DNA from: Paramicrosporidium saccamoebae KSL3
Taxonomy: Eukaryota; Fungi; Cryptomycota
Direction of reading: 5' to 3'
Length of the DNA stretch: 32,000 bases
Assembly: GCA_002794465.1 (NCBI GenBank)
Contig: MTSL01000035.1
Location: 1 to 32,000 of the forward strand
Below are positions 30,401-32,000 of this stretch, in pieces (within the stretch, counting starts at the first letter, position 1; every line of letters begins with the position of its first letter). Both the position numbers and the translations under genes were made by a program. The notes beneath the pieces were generated by a model. It was not told the origin of the DNA, ran no database searches, and worked only from the letters and a program-made list of their open reading frames with translations.

Positions 30401-32000
30401 TGTAATGTCGCAAAACTCGCCATCAATGACGGCCACATTTAGTAAGATGGGGTGCAGGCCGACCTTGGCAACGCAACTGATTGCCTTCTCTACACATTAG
30501 CAAGCTCTTCAAACACATACTTTTGTGACGACGTGTGGGATACAAGCAGCCGTTGGCATGGATTGCAGGGAGCGTAACTGACACATCCAGAAAAGTGGCA
30601 AAGACATTTTTCCTTTGTGTTCGACAAGTGCCCAGTTTGGGCAGCTCCAATAAAACTTGAATGGTCGCCTCGTAAAATCCCGCAATTTTGACCCGTGTCT
30701 TGATGACATCTGCCACCCAGCGAGGCCAATCGGTGCGGTCGCTGACAAGGGCCGAACGGGGAGGAAGACACGTTTCAAAGTCCAACTTTCGGGTGCCAAT
30801 TCGACCGACAACCTGAATCGGCGGGAAGATGGGACTGGTGTACAACTGCACCATATGTCGCCACGCCGCAATCAGAGCGGGTTCCCCACGGATCACCGTG
30901 TCAGTGTGGCGAATGGAAAAGACATAATTAAACGATCCATTGTGGAGAAGCTGCAAGGGCGACAAGCCAGCAATCAGCATTCTTCCATGGCCCTTTTGCA
31001 CGCTCAAATTAGCCAGTTCAATGTGATCAAGTTCCTTGGAACGCACCGGGTAAAAGGAAATGTCCAACGCCTCCCAATACACATACACAAACGGAGAGGA
31101 CAATGCAGGCTTCTTTGCAAAATTCACGTTCCCAGTGGCCTTGACAGACTCTCCATCAGTCGTAACGTCTAGTTTGACATTATGTTTCACCGGTTCAGCA
31201 CGGAGCTCCTCAGCCGTAGTCTCCTTTGTGGGAAATTCCAATGCCCGTTTTGTGCCATGTCGGAATGCCATCTCCCCGCCATGATTTAGTGACCATTGGA
31301 GCTCAAATACGCGCAGGATGGCTGGCAGAATTCCACGACCAGGTGCGCGAAGCACAATCGCTCGATATTCGCCAAGTTCTTTGACAATGTTCTCGGAATG
31401 ATGCACGCGGCCCATTTTATGTCCCGCCTTTACAACAGTGCTCACATCGGCGAGTGTGATGTGGAAGAAAATGTCCGTTCTGGTCTCCTGCGCCTCCTTA
31501 TGCAGGACATCTACTGTGAACACTTTGGTCAGGCCTTCAGTCAAGTCTCCCCGATCCACCATGGCTTGCAAAGTAATCTTTGGCAAATGTCCCCGGAGCA
31601 ATTTTGTATCGAATCCGCCCAGCATTCCTTGCACATATTCGTGTCCCAGAGAGACCTTGACGACAAACTTTGGGGTGGGACCGCTATCGTCAATTTCAAC
31701 CAAGCCGACATCAATGGCTGCAGCCGAAGACTCGGTAAACTCTCTCTTCACAAGTCGATCTGAGGGCAAGCTTAGCAAAGAACGCAATTCTCCAAAGCTG
31801 GCTTCATAGGATATGGTAGATAGCCATTTTTGGAGATGGCTACCTTTTGGGGCCGAGCCAACCGAAATTGACCAATCGTCCTCGCCATCACGAACCTTTT
31901 CCAGCAACTTGACAAGTGCCTTTTTGTGACCCACCGTAGTTGATATCTGCACAATCAATTTCCCCCCATCAGGGCCATTAGTGTCACGTCTTAGCACATG
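24479..32000 (-). CDS. Giant multidomain protein (>=2,496 aa, 5' end outside window); intron 30520-30490
   Basis: The 524-aa and 1985-aa ORFs join in frame through a 31-nt GTATGT...GCTAAT...TAG intron, and the frame is open to position 32000. C-terminal L-type lectin-like (~25385-24905) and filamin-like (~24890-24520) segments. Confidence 0.8.
26691..26835 (-). repeat. Coding 27-bp tandem repeat (SGSQESVSR-type), ~5.3 copies
   Basis: Units at 26691, 26718, 26745, 26772 and 26799. Confidence 0.9.
27310..27610 (-). repeat. Coding 18/36-bp repeat array encoding RSQ/RSRNQ-rich low-complexity sequence
   Basis: QERSQSQERSQNQRKSRSQGGSQSQRWSRNQ...; periodic gattacgagacc/tttgactttgag units. Confidence 0.9.
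27921..28052 (-). repeat. Coding ~45-bp repeat (x3) encoding KDLVPSK/NEDLVPSK/NEDLFPSR
   Basis: ggggaccaagtct and ggatctcttgtaatgt segments recur. Confidence 0.75.

Overview
Eukaryotic, gene-dense window (standard code) with very short spliceosomal introns: 16 of 17 inferred introns are 29-38 nt. The layout has three parts. (1) A housekeeping core at ~2.6-18.6 kb: CCX-type cation/Ca2+ exchanger head-to-head with calcineurin A, shortened Med17-like and COG3-like genes, a DUF5092-like membrane protein, DBP2/p68, mitochondrial SDH4, RPS25, SUA5, MIS12 and WRAP73/WDR8. (2) Lineage-specific genes on both sides of the core: three copies of an unrecognised 3-TM plus CxxC-x27-CxxC zinc-ribbon family (two intact, one mosaic pseudogene carrying a 37-bp inverted repeat), two small signal-peptide ORFs, a 4-TM protein and tRNA-Arg(ACG). 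(3) One giant gene (>=2,496 aa, open at the right edge) with putative DUF3712/LEA2-like beta modules, RS/SQ repeats, an L-type lectin-like domain and a filamin-like repeat. Compaction, tiny introns, the DUF5092-like gene and retained complex II suggest a Rozellomycota / early-microsporidian relative such as Paramicrosporidium (inference only). All family calls come from remembered motifs, not database searches, and all introns are predicted.
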